The notes below the pieces were generated by a model. The model was not told the origin of the DNA. It did not search any database and saw nothing but the letters and a program-made list of their open reading frames with translations. From Candidatus Dojkabacteria bacterium (lineage in GTDB: Bacteria > Patescibacteriota > Dojkabacteria > J137), in NCBI GenBank assembly GCA_030950485.1, contig JAUZRK010000013.1, forward strand, positions 9,893 through 73,892: 64,000 bases of DNA, given 5' to 3'. Shown here piece by piece: positions 50,070-59,159 of the stretch. Positions within the stretch are counted from its first letter, which is position 1. Every line of letters begins with the position of its first letter. The translations under genes were made by a program, and so were the position numbers.

Positions 50070-50576
50070 ATGAAAATTTATCTAGCTTCTACAAGCGGAG
50101 CAAAAAAAACAGCAGTTGAACTCGCATTTTCTAGTAAGTTTCAAAACCAGAAATTTGAAATTATTGGAATAAATTGCAAATCTGGTGTATCTCCTCAACC
50201 ATTTGGAGAAGAGGAAACTATTTTAGGAGCTAGTAATAGAATGAAAGAAATGGAGTCTAAAGTAACTGAAGACTATGACTTTTTAGTTTCATGTGAAGGA
50301 GGTTTTATCACTTATAGCTTTCTTGAAGACTACTATGGATTTGGCGCAACAATTATTAAGTCAAAAGAAGGATTAAGTTACTGGGGATTTGGAGGAGGAA
50401 TTAGACATCCTAAAGAGTTTGTAGAGAAGATTAAATCGGGTGAGGATGCTAGCGATATTCTAAGAAGTGAATATGGTATTGATGATGGTGATGTCGTGAG
50501 TTATTTTACTCAAGGGAAAATGACTAGAGCTGATGCGGTTGCTAAACAAATATCTATAGCATTAGAAAACATCTAG
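50070..50576 (+). CDS. yjjX: Inosine/xanthosine triphosphatase (YjjX/DUF84 family)
   Basis: ASTSGAK, SGVSPQP..EET..GA.NR, CEGG and FTQGKMTR motifs. Confidence 0.85.
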   Translation: MKIYLASTSGAKKTAVELAFSSKFQNQKFEIIGINCKSGVSPQPFGEEETILGASNRMKEMESKVTEDYDFLVSCEGGFITYSFLEDYYGFGATIIKSKEGLSYWGFGGGIRHPKEFVEKIKSGEDASDILRSEYGIDDGDVVSYFTQGKMTRADAVAKQISIALENI

Positions 50577-50591
50577 TTAGATTTTTAACAA

Positions 50592-51164
50592 ATGAAAGAA
50601 ATAATAGGATATATCGCAGTAAGCTTAGTGTTTATAGCCTACGTTCCATATATAAAAGATCTTTTAAAAGGAAAAACTATACCGCACGTTTATAGTTGGT
50701 TCGTCTGGTCTTTTCTAACTTTACTAATAGCCTTCATGCAAATTAAAAATGGAGCAGGTGTTGCCGGAGGAGTTACATTATCAGCAGGAATAGTTTCTCT
50801 TTTTGTATTTGCTTATGCTTTATATAAAAGAGAGAGCTTGAAATTTATAACAAAGTTAGACACTTTCTTTTTATCAATATCTTTAGTAGCGTTTCTTTTA
50901 TGGTTACTTATAGATAATGAGCTGTATGCGTTACTTTTAGCTTCGTTTACAGAAGTAATAGCATTTGTACCAACTATAAGAAAAAGCTGGAACTTGCCTT
51001 ATACAGAGACGCTTTCGTTATATGGATTAAATACTATAAGATTTGTATTGGCAGTTTTTGCAATAGAGAAGTATTCTATAATTACAACTCTATATCCAGT
51101 AACATGGGCTATTGGAAATGGATTGTTTGCTTTTATGTTAATTTATCGAAGAAGAAAAATATAA
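50592..51164 (+). CDS. Membrane protein, PQ-loop-like duplicated repeat
   Basis: PYIKD..KGKT.P..YSW and PTIRKSW..P.TE repeats; about 7 TM. Confidence 0.65.
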   Translation: MKEIIGYIAVSLVFIAYVPYIKDLLKGKTIPHVYSWFVWSFLTLLIAFMQIKNGAGVAGGVTLSAGIVSLFVFAYALYKRESLKFITKLDTFFLSISLVAFLLWLLIDNELYALLLASFTEVIAFVPTIRKSWNLPYTETLSLYGLNTIRFVLAVFAIEKYSIITTLYPVTWAIGNGLFAFMLIYRRRKI

Positions 51165-51168
51165 ATAT

Positions 51169-52014
51169 ATGTACATTTTACTAGCACTAGGAAGTTTAAT
51201 TTCATTTAGTAGTTTTAATATTCTAATTAGAAAAATTGCTAAGGATGAAGATAATCCGGAAACATTAGGAATGTTATTTACAACTATTGCAGGAATTCTT
51301 TCGCTACCACTTTTGCTTTTGGACGATGAAATTAAAATTGAAAAGAGCTATAACTCTTTATGGATTATAGGATCATTAATAGGTTGGACTATAATTTCTC
51401 TCGGCTTAGGTATTACGTATAAACATATCAAAGCATCTACAAATACAATTCTTGGACAGACAACTTCAATCTTCTCACTATTAATAGGTGTTTTTATATT
51501 TTCAAGTGAACCCTCATTAATTAGCTTGTTTGGTATTAGTTTAATTATTTTTGGAAATATATACGTATTCTTTAAAGAAGCTGACTTACCAAATCGAAAA
51601 GCTTTTATATTAAGAATACTCTTATCACTAGTATTTGCGATTACTTACGCTTTCGATTCTAAAGCCAGCCAATATTATCCTCAGGGACTTTTTATATTTA
51701 TAGCTTATGTAATACCTGGAATATTACTGTACTTTTTAGTTCCAAAGATTACTATTGGATCAATTAAGCAAATGCTTATAAAATACAACTTAAAATTGCT
51801 TCTATTAGGTCTTTTCAGCCTTATAGGCTATTTATTATTAATTAAGTCTTACTCTACAGATGGTGAGTTATATATAATTATTCCAATTGTGAATTCACAG
51901 TCTTTACTAACAGTAATATTAAGCAACATTTTCTTGAAAGAGGATAGTAATATATTAAAGGTAATTCTAGGAGGAATTGCTGCAAGCTTAGGAGTTATAC
52001 TTCTAGCGATTTAA
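51169..52014 (+). CDS. EamA/DMT family transporter
   Basis: About 10 TM in two repeats, each ending with an IF(L/S)xE motif. Confidence 0.85.
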   Translation: MYILLALGSLISFSSFNILIRKIAKDEDNPETLGMLFTTIAGILSLPLLLLDDEIKIEKSYNSLWIIGSLIGWTIISLGLGITYKHIKASTNTILGQTTSIFSLLIGVFIFSSEPSLISLFGISLIIFGNIYVFFKEADLPNRKAFILRILLSLVFAITYAFDSKASQYYPQGLFIFIAYVIPGILLYFLVPKITIGSIKQMLIKYNLKLLLLGLFSLIGYLLLIKSYSTDGELYIIIPIVNSQSLLTVILSNIFLKEDSNILKVILGGIAASLGVILLAI

Positions 52015-52250
52015 GAAATCTTAATTTCATCAAATCGCCAAAGAATACGAATATCTTCAGTGACTCTTGAACTCAATACTTTTCCGTATTTACTAAGATT
52101 TACCTGGTGAGTATTAGACCTGGATAAAAGGGATTTAGTATTAGAAGTTTTAAGACTTTTTACAAATGCTTCTTTAATATACGATCGTTTGTTAGTTTTT
52201 TATACTTCTTAAGAAATTCAGTTTGAAAGTCTAAAATATACTCTTCAGAA
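52011..52250 (-). pseudogene. RelE/ParE-family toxin remnant
   Basis: YILDFQTEFLKKYKKL...L*KVLKLL.LNPFYPGL, a frameshift, then THQVNL...VLSSRVTEDIRILWRF. Confidence 0.6.
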
Positions 52251-52354
52251 TTAGTTTTTCTCAAAAATTAATTAAGTTCTATTTAGATAATGTGATATTA
52301 GAAAATAGAAATCAAAGAAGTGTTTGTCGTTATGAAATGCATCAATAATTAGGT

Positions 52355-52672
52355 GTGATAAAATTGCATGTAAAGAATTTTATAAGACTATTAATGAAAG
52401 GAGAAGAGTGTACAGGCTTTTGTTTTTCAACTTGCTCTTATAAAAGGAGCTTACAGCAAATTAAGGAAGGTGATGTTAAAACTAATGAAAGATTAACGGC
52501 ATTAATAAGTAAAGTTAACACTGGAGGTTGTCCTTATCAACAAGAAATAAAAGATTTACTTGATATGGTTGAAGATGGTTCTATACCTTTTTTAGAGGCT
52601 ATAGAGAGCGCAGAAAGCTTTGGTTTAGAAGAGGGAATTCGAATTGAGGAAGGCGAGTTATCAGAAATGTAA
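52355..52672 (+). CDS. Small Cys-containing hypothetical protein
   Basis: CxxxCxxxC...CP pattern. Confidence 0.45.
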   Translation: MIKLHVKNFIRLLMKGEECTGFCFSTCSYKRSLQQIKEGDVKTNERLTALISKVNTGGCPYQQEIKDLLDMVEDGSIPFLEAIESAESFGLEEGIRIEEGELSEM

Positions 52673-52751
52673 AATTATTCTTAATATCATTGAATTTCAA
52701 CTTAGCAACATTTATTTTGACTTCAAGTTTGAAAAAAGTATAAGATAAGTT

Positions 52752-53087
52752 ATGGTAGATTTTAAAGAAGTTAAAATTGAAGAAGTTGCATACTTAATAA
52801 ACATTTGTGAATGTTTAGATAATATCGACAGAGACGTATATAGAGCAACACTTCGGGAAAATACTAAAGCAAGAAATGATTATATTCTTACGATCTTCAC
52901 TAAACTCATATTAAAAGAGATTAAGTATTTGAAAATAATGATTGAAGATTTACGGAAATTAAAGACTGAAAATGATTTTATAGTATATGAACAAATTTTT
53001 AACAGTTATTTTGATAACAAGATTTTATTAGAAGAGATGAATAGCTCGTCAGAGATTTTTAACTTAAAACCGTATTTAAATATATGA
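52752..53087 (+). CDS. Hypothetical protein
   Basis: 111 aa; ATGA overlap with the next gene. Confidence 0.5.
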   Translation: MVDFKEVKIEEVAYLINICECLDNIDRDVYRATLRENTKARNDYILTIFTKLILKEIKYLKIMIEDLRKLKTENDFIVYEQIFNSYFDNKILLEEMNSSSEIFNLKPYLNI

Positions 53088-53584
53088 GCGGAGTCCAATT
53101 TGGAGAAAATCAAACTGCGGATCAAGAAGTACAGCCAGATACTGAAATAAGTAATAATCGTATTCTAGAAGTAACAGCAGAATATTTAGATGGGCCAACG
53201 AGAGAAGTGTTTGGAGAGAAACATGGTGCTGCAATTATGGCAGGACTAACAGTTGGAGTAAAAAATGCCGATACTTTAATAACAGGTACTGCTAGGGAAA
53301 GAATAGGTGTAGTTGCTGGAATGGTAAATGTAGGATTAGTTGTATTTAGACCTGAATTAATGGCTTCTGCAAATATAGCTTTAGGGGTTGGTCACGCAAT
53401 AAATGAAAATATACCACAAAATACTGAGGGAGCAATTGAATATGGGTTGGTTTATGGTTATGAGCAAATTGCATATGCAATGGATAAAACAAGAAGAACT
53501 GAAGATGATGCTAGAGAATCTGTAAGAGGAGAAAATAATACTTCTATAGAAGATAGCGGGGAACAAATGCTCGCCGCAGCTTAA
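53084..53584 (+). CDS. Hypothetical protein with Gly/Ala-rich hydrophobic helices
   Basis: 166-aa ORF. Confidence 0.55.
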   Translation: MSGVQFGENQTADQEVQPDTEISNNRILEVTAEYLDGPTREVFGEKHGAAIMAGLTVGVKNADTLITGTARERIGVVAGMVNVGLVVFRPELMASANIALGVGHAINENIPQNTEGAIEYGLVYGYEQIAYAMDKTRRTEDDARESVRGENNTSIEDSGEQMLAAA

Positions 53585-53603
53585 ATATCGCTAAGTCTTT
53601 AGT

Positions 53604-54932
53604 TTATAGAGCTTGTATCTTCGCACCTAAGATATTTAATACGCCTGCTAAATTCTCATAACCTCTTTTAATATGATCTTCTGGATCATTAATTACAGAT
53701 TCACCTTCTGCAACCATTCCAGCAATTAGTAGCATAGCTCCACACTTAACATCTCTAGAAGTAGCAATTGCTGCTTTTAATTTTTCAACTCTATTAACTT
53801 TGACCGCTCTTGGATTGTTATCAGAATCCTCATCGAAATCAGGGTGAGTGTAAAATTCATAATTAGCTCCGAACTTTTTCATTTCTTCCCAATGTCTCAT
53901 TCTATTTGTAAAATACCCTTCAACTATATTGGATTGACCTTTGATTAAAGAAAATAAAGGGGAGAGTAGTACTTGCCACTCCGTAACAAAATCTGGGAGA
54001 TCACTTGCTATTAAATCTACTGTTTTAAGATCGGATAACTTTTGACTAGGAATAAATGCAGTTTTATCTTTATCATTAAATTCTATTTTTACTCCACTTT
54101 GCTTAAGAAAGAGATCTAATGAACCTAATTTCATTTTTTCAAAATCGATATTTTCAATAGTTATTTCAGACTCGGTACATAATGCTGCAGAGAGTAGAGT
54201 TATAAAGTTGTGTTTATCATACATGCAAGTGAAGTCAACTCCGTGTAGTTCCTTACCTTCAACAACTGTTATTAATTTTTTATCTTCAATCTTTATCTCT
54301 GCTCCCATCTTATTTAATGCTTCTATGACATCGTAAAGTTCTGCCATATGACTTGGATTTTGTATCTTTGAAATTCCATCTTTCCCTAATAAAAAGAAAA
54401 TACCACCAAGAGTAAATCCGAATGAATTTTTTGCATCAATATCTAGAGGGGCTTTATCCCTCTCTTTATAAACCATAATATTGCCTTTTAACTCAACATC
54501 AACATTGAATTCATTCATTATTTTTCTATCAGTCTCTAAATTGAAAGTTCTCCCAATTTGATCACCCCCTGTATCATCTCTCTCTAGTATGATCTCAATC
54601 TCGCATTCTCCAAATCTAGCTATCAACATATTTCTAATGTAAATAGCTCCGCTAGTATGATAAAAAAGATCCGAAGGAATTCTAATAGGCTTAATAATCT
54701 TAGTACTATCAATTTCTACCGTATTTTCATCAAGCCAATTAACTGTAGCGCCTTGTAGAGCTGTAAGTTTAGCAAGGTTTTTATTACTAGAAATATTAGG
54801 AATATTTCGAAAAGTAAATTTATCATTTGCAAGTATTGGAAGATTTACAAGCTTCATAGAAGAATTTTTAGCTCCTTGTACAGAAGCACTTCCAGATAGT
54901 TTTGTAGGGCCGGTTATTTTGTATGTAGACAT
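53604..54932 (-). CDS. Divergent MurA-family enolpyruvyl transferase (Asp in place of the active-site Cys)
   Basis: GAKNS, TGGDQIGR, FVTEWQ, E..F..R, RDVKCG and RGYE motifs. Confidence 0.8.
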   Translation of the reverse strand: MSTYKITGPTKLSGSASVQGAKNSSMKLVNLPILANDKFTFRNIPNISSNKNLAKLTALQGATVNWLDENTVEIDSTKIIKPIRIPSDLFYHTSGAIYIRNMLIARFGECEIEIILERDDTGGDQIGRTFNLETDRKIMNEFNVDVELKGNIMVYKERDKAPLDIDAKNSFGFTLGGIFFLLGKDGISKIQNPSHMAELYDVIEALNKMGAEIKIEDKKLITVVEGKELHGVDFTCMYDKHNFITLLSAALCTESEITIENIDFEKMKLGSLDLFLKQSGVKIEFNDKDKTAFIPSQKLSDLKTVDLIASDLPDFVTEWQVLLSPLFSLIKGQSNIVEGYFTNRMRHWEEMKKFGANYEFYTHPDFDEDSDNNPRAVKVNRVEKLKAAIATSRDVKCGAMLLIAGMVAEGESVINDPEDHIKRGYENLAGVLNILGAKIQAL

Positions 54933-54945
54933 AATAATTTATAAT

Positions 54946-55686
54946 TTATTGCCACTGAGGATATTTAACAGTATCGTCTCTTACACCTTCCATAAATTTC
55001 TCAGGATCAAAACTTATATCGAATATTTCTTCTAGCAATATCTTTGCCATGTAAGCATTACCTAGTGGGTTAGGATGAAAAGCATCAAAATTACCACCTT
55101 TCCCATCATTCAGAAACTTTTCATGTTGAGGTAATAAATTTGTATAAAACTTTTTATGATCGAAACTCTTATATTTCTCAAACATATTTAAACTATGTAT
55201 ATTAGGAAGTTTAATCGAATCTACTTTTTCTTCTGCAATATAATCCTTGTACCTGCCATTATGATATTCATTTGCTGTAGTTATTCCAGGAGAGTAGATG
55301 ACATCATCAATATTGGCAGATAGTTTTCTAATTATGTTTCTTGTATTTTCACCATGTTCAACTTCACTAAACTTATCTATATCATTATCACCAAATAATC
55401 CTACAAATAAATTTGGCTCATATTTAAGAATGTCTGAATCAATTCTCCCTAAAATATCTTTTGTTGTTGATCCATCAAGAGAAGAGTTGATAAATTTCAA
55501 ATTCCACCAGCTTAAATTCCATCCAGCCTTAGAATCTTCCAAATGCAGCTTTAAAACATATTCAAATATAGATCGCCAACTTGGGAATACCCATTCAGTT
55601 GATGTAGTAGAATCACCTAAAAATAATATAGTGTGAGTTTCGCCAGAGAAAATGGATGTTTTAATTTTGTATAGAAGTGGGTTCAT
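54946..55686 (-). CDS. SGNH/GDSL hydrolase
   Basis: LGDS, NSSLDG, GDND and DAFHPN blocks. Confidence 0.88.
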   Translation of the reverse strand: MNPLLYKIKTSIFSGETHTILFLGDSTTSTEWVFPSWRSIFEYVLKLHLEDSKAGWNLSWWNLKFINSSLDGSTTKDILGRIDSDILKYEPNLFVGLFGDNDIDKFSEVEHGENTRNIIRKLSANIDDVIYSPGITTANEYHNGRYKDYIAEEKVDSIKLPNIHSLNMFEKYKSFDHKKFYTNLLPQHEKFLNDGKGGNFDAFHPNPLGNAYMAKILLEEIFDISFDPEKFMEGVRDDTVKYPQWQ

Positions 55687-55791
55687 ATTATAAGTTCATT
55701 AATAAGCTTAGCTATCTCCTATAATAACTCAAAAGTAGCTTTTTGTAATCTTGAAGTAAGTTTTACTCTTGTGTTATAAAGCATAGAGGGA

Positions 55792-56579
55792 TCAAATATA
55801 CTTACTAATAGGCTCAGCTAAACTCCACATCATTTCAAAGATCGATTTTTGAAGTTTAACAAGCTTTGGATTCTCGAGTTCTATTCCTACTATCTCACCC
55901 TTATCCCACCAACAAACCGCGTAAATATTATTATAGATAGAAGTATCTCCTGAAACATAATACTTATCTTTTGGAATCATTCTTACATTATCTAAGTTTT
56001 GTTGATGTTCACCTGGTTTAACAAATGTTCTTACATGTTCAAGTCCTAATTCATTAGTAATAGACCTGTCGACAATCTTTCTAAGTTTAAATTCTTCAAC
56101 GTACTTAGAATAAAACTTTTCTCCTACAACACTTACTCTTCCAAATTGAGAATAGCCGATTACCTCTGTTTTAGCTTTTAAACAATTCCAAATTATTTGC
56201 TTTATACCTTCAACTCCAAAATAATTTCTAACTTGGGTTTTAGGCAATTCTTCAACTTTCTTATCTAAAAGTAGCTTTAAATCATTTATCGAGTCTTTTG
56301 TTTCTTTGAGTTCTCGTTGTTTTTCTTTGATGATTACATCTAAGCTGTCTGGATTTACTGCCCTTATTTCTTTGCCTCGATCTCCTACTACCCATTCAGC
56401 TAAATGAAGTTCGACTAATCTTTCGCAGATTCTATAAGCCGTAGATCTTGGAATTGCTACTGACTCAGAGATTGAGAGTATTGTCGTTGAGATTGAAGTA
56501 TTAATTATATTTAAATATATTAATATTTCATCTGAATCTAGACCTAATTTTTCAACTTGTTTTCTATCGATTCTTCCAT
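55792..56579 (-). pseudogene. TrmB-family regulator with a 1-nt frameshift in an A5 run near the start
   Basis: The frame is open from about 56550 (LGLDSDEILIYL...IPRSTAYRICERL) into ORF 55792-56247. The ATG at 56579 needs one more A to give MEESIENKLKKLGL. Confidence 0.8.
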
Positions 56580-56598
56580 ACGATATATTATACCATAT

Positions 56599-56616
56599 TG
56601 GCCACCAAAGTGGACA
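56599..56616. promoter_or_regulatory. Candidate operator TGGCCAC-N4-GTGGACA
   Basis: Near-perfect GC-rich palindrome in the divergent TrmB/SDR spacer. Confidence 0.5.
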
Positions 56617-56656
56617 GATGTTGTTTAGGATTTATAATAGCTAGTAAAATATAGGC

Positions 56657-57398
56657 ATGGAAAATAAAAAAGTAGCACTAATAACTGGAGGAACAAAAGG
56701 CATAGGACTAGCTATTGCTAGTGAACTAGGAGCTCAAGGTTACTCTGATCTAATTCTTGTATATAGATCTGATAAGGAAAGTGCTAATTTTGCGAAGACT
56801 CAATTAAAACAGAGTGGTGCAAGTGTAAAAACTATTAAAGCAGACATTAGTTTGAAATCTGGTTGGAAAATTATCGGCTCATACTTAATGAAAAATAATA
56901 TTGAATTAGATTTATTGGTAAATAATGCAGGTATTGATGATGGAATTATGATTGAGGAATTAGATATGGATTCTGCTAAGAATATTATTAATACAAATCT
57001 CTTAGGGACAATAGCTACGACTAAGGTATGCATACCGTTCCTTAAGAAGAATAAAGGGCAGATCATTAATATTTCAAAGAACAGGTTCAAGAAAAACGTT
57101 TGAAGGTATTGGAGTATACGCTCCAACTAAGGCTGCAATTATTAAGTTTACCGAGTGTTGTGCGCTTGAATTTAAAAAATATGGTATTAGAGTTAATTGC
57201 ATCCAACCAGGTTTTACAGATACTGAATTTAATAGAAGTATTCTAAGTGATGACTTTGATGAAGTAGCTAAGATGCAGCCAGATGGACATGCCTTTAGCC
57301 CAGCTGCTGTAGATAAAGCAGTGGTGCATCTAGTCTCTGATTCGCTTTCATTACTAAATGGAGCTGCGATAATGCTCGATAAAGGGAGCAGTCTATAA
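56657..57398 (+). pseudogene. SDR oxidoreductase with a frameshift near 57077
   Basis: TGGTKGIG and NNAG, then in another frame RTGSRKTFEGIGVYAPTK...GIRVNCIQPG...DKGSSL*. Confidence 0.88.
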
Positions 57399-58178
57399 TT
57401 ACTTATGACTCTTTCCTTTTTCCCAATATCCCAAAAATATCTGTTTAAACATTGACGCAAGTGCTTTATTTTTAATTTCAATTCCTGATTTCTTCTCGGA
57501 TTTTCAATCAATTATTGCAATAGTATCATCGCATATATCAATCATGTGTTGGATATCTAAGATCTTGGTATTTATAACTTTTGAAGTGAAATTATGTTCA
57601 TAATATTCAAGATTTTGCTTATCAGGCGTTGTAACTTGGTTCTCCAGAATTAATAATTCAATTTTTCTTGTTACATACTCCTTCCTTATTTTATTGGCAA
57701 ATTTTTCTCTAACTACATCATTAAACATCCCATGACTAAATGAATAAACTTTTTTTAAATGAAGCTCATTCCATAGTACTTGTTTTACTCCATCTAAACC
57801 AGAGTAGTACTTTACAGAAAAGCTATTAGATTCTATTGGTTTTAAATCCTTAAGATCTTGTATTAAATCATTTAAAACATCTTTCTGAGTTTTAATTTTT
57901 TGCTCAGCTTCGGTTATAATCAATTCTAAATTTTCAGCCGGTGCAGCGCTTAATTTCTTTCCCCAGGCAGACTCAGTTTCTTCAATAATCTTCTTGCCTT
58001 TTAATGACTCGGTAATTCTATAGATCTTGGATCGATTTATATTTGTGTCTCTAGAGATTTCAAGTGGGGTTTGTTCCCCATGTTCGTAGAGATGTAGATA
58101 TAGAGAAGCCTCATCAGAATCTAAACTCAGTTCTTTTAATTTTTCTATTAAAATTTGTTTGTTTATATAAACAATCAA
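57399..58178 (-). pseudogene. TrmB-family regulator with an in-frame TGA
   Basis: HTH motif ISRDTNINRSKIYR. TGA at 57504-57506, then the same frame continues KSEKKSGIEIKNKALASMFKQIFLGYW to 57399. Confidence 0.85.
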
Positions 58179-58229
58179 TTATTATATAGATATTAATACA
58201 CTACAATAGTATTAGTCAAATAAAAAACT

Positions 58230-59138
58230 ATGAAAGTACTTATATTAAGTCCAATAAAAGAAGTTATTACTGATAGCTTTAAAATGAAACTAAAAGGCTT
58301 AAATGTTCAGTATATAGAAAAGAGTGAAAAATTAGACAAGGTTTATGAATTACAAAATAATGAAGAAAAGCTACTAGTTATCGATCCAGACTTTACGTAT
58401 AACTTATCAAGAGAAGTATTAGAAAAGATTCCAAATGTTAAATGTATAATTCTAACAACAACCGCATTTAGTTGGATTGATCTTGATTACTGTAATGAAC
58501 AAAATATTATAGTTTGTAATACGCCTTATTTTTCTTCAGAAGCTGTAGCAGAGTGGGCATTTATGTCATCATTAGCATTAGCTAGAAAAGTACCACTGGT
58601 TATAAAAAATGGGTTTGAACATGATTATAACTATACTGGGATAGAGCTTAAAAATAAGAAGTGTGGAATTCTAGGACTAGGAAACATAGGTTCAAAATTT
58701 GCAGAACTAGCTTCTGGATTTGGAATGCAGATCCAATATTGGTCTAGAAGTGATAAGAATTCTAAATTTAGTTATGTAACTTTAGATGAATTATTTAAAA
58801 GCTCTGAGTTACTTTATGTTTCGCTTCCTGAGAATGCTGAGACTAATGAACTGATAACAGATGAAAGAATTAAAATGATGCAAAAAAATGCACTTTTAAC
58901 ATTTTCTTCATCACCTAAATACAATAAAGAATTAGTTCTTGAAATCATAAAAGAGAAGAAACTTGGGGGACTTTCATTCGAGGGTAAGTCTAATGAATTT
59001 AACAATTATGAAGGAAATGTTTGGGCTGCGCCTTCGTTGGGTTGGTGTACAAAAGAGAGCATGGAAAGAAATTCTGAAATGATCTTAAGAAATATTAAAG
59101 ATGCAGTAAAGGGTGTATATGCAAATAAGATAAATTAG
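58230..59138 (+). CDS. D-isomer 2-hydroxyacid dehydrogenase family (divergent active site)
   Basis: SSEAVAE, GILGLGNIG and LPENAET motifs. Confidence 0.85.
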   Translation: MKVLILSPIKEVITDSFKMKLKGLNVQYIEKSEKLDKVYELQNNEEKLLVIDPDFTYNLSREVLEKIPNVKCIILTTTAFSWIDLDYCNEQNIIVCNTPYFSSEAVAEWAFMSSLALARKVPLVIKNGFEHDYNYTGIELKNKKCGILGLGNIGSKFAELASGFGMQIQYWSRSDKNSKFSYVTLDELFKSSELLYVSLPENAETNELITDERIKMMQKNALLTFSSSPKYNKELVLEIIKEKKLGGLSFEGKSNEFNNYEGNVWAAPSLGWCTKESMERNSEMILRNIKDAVKGVYANKIN

Positions 59139-59159
59139 AGAATGATTTTAAGCAAAAAA

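Noticed and set aside
39796-57506. Genome-wide TGA recoding (code 4 or 25) to explain the in-frame TGAs
   Set aside because: TGA ends several intact genes (e.g. 5851, 45379, 46089, 55792), Trp is TGG throughout, and two other in-frame stops are TAA.
57074-57511. 145-aa minus-strand ORF
   Set aside because: It is the shadow of the frameshifted SDR C-terminus and the TrmB tail.
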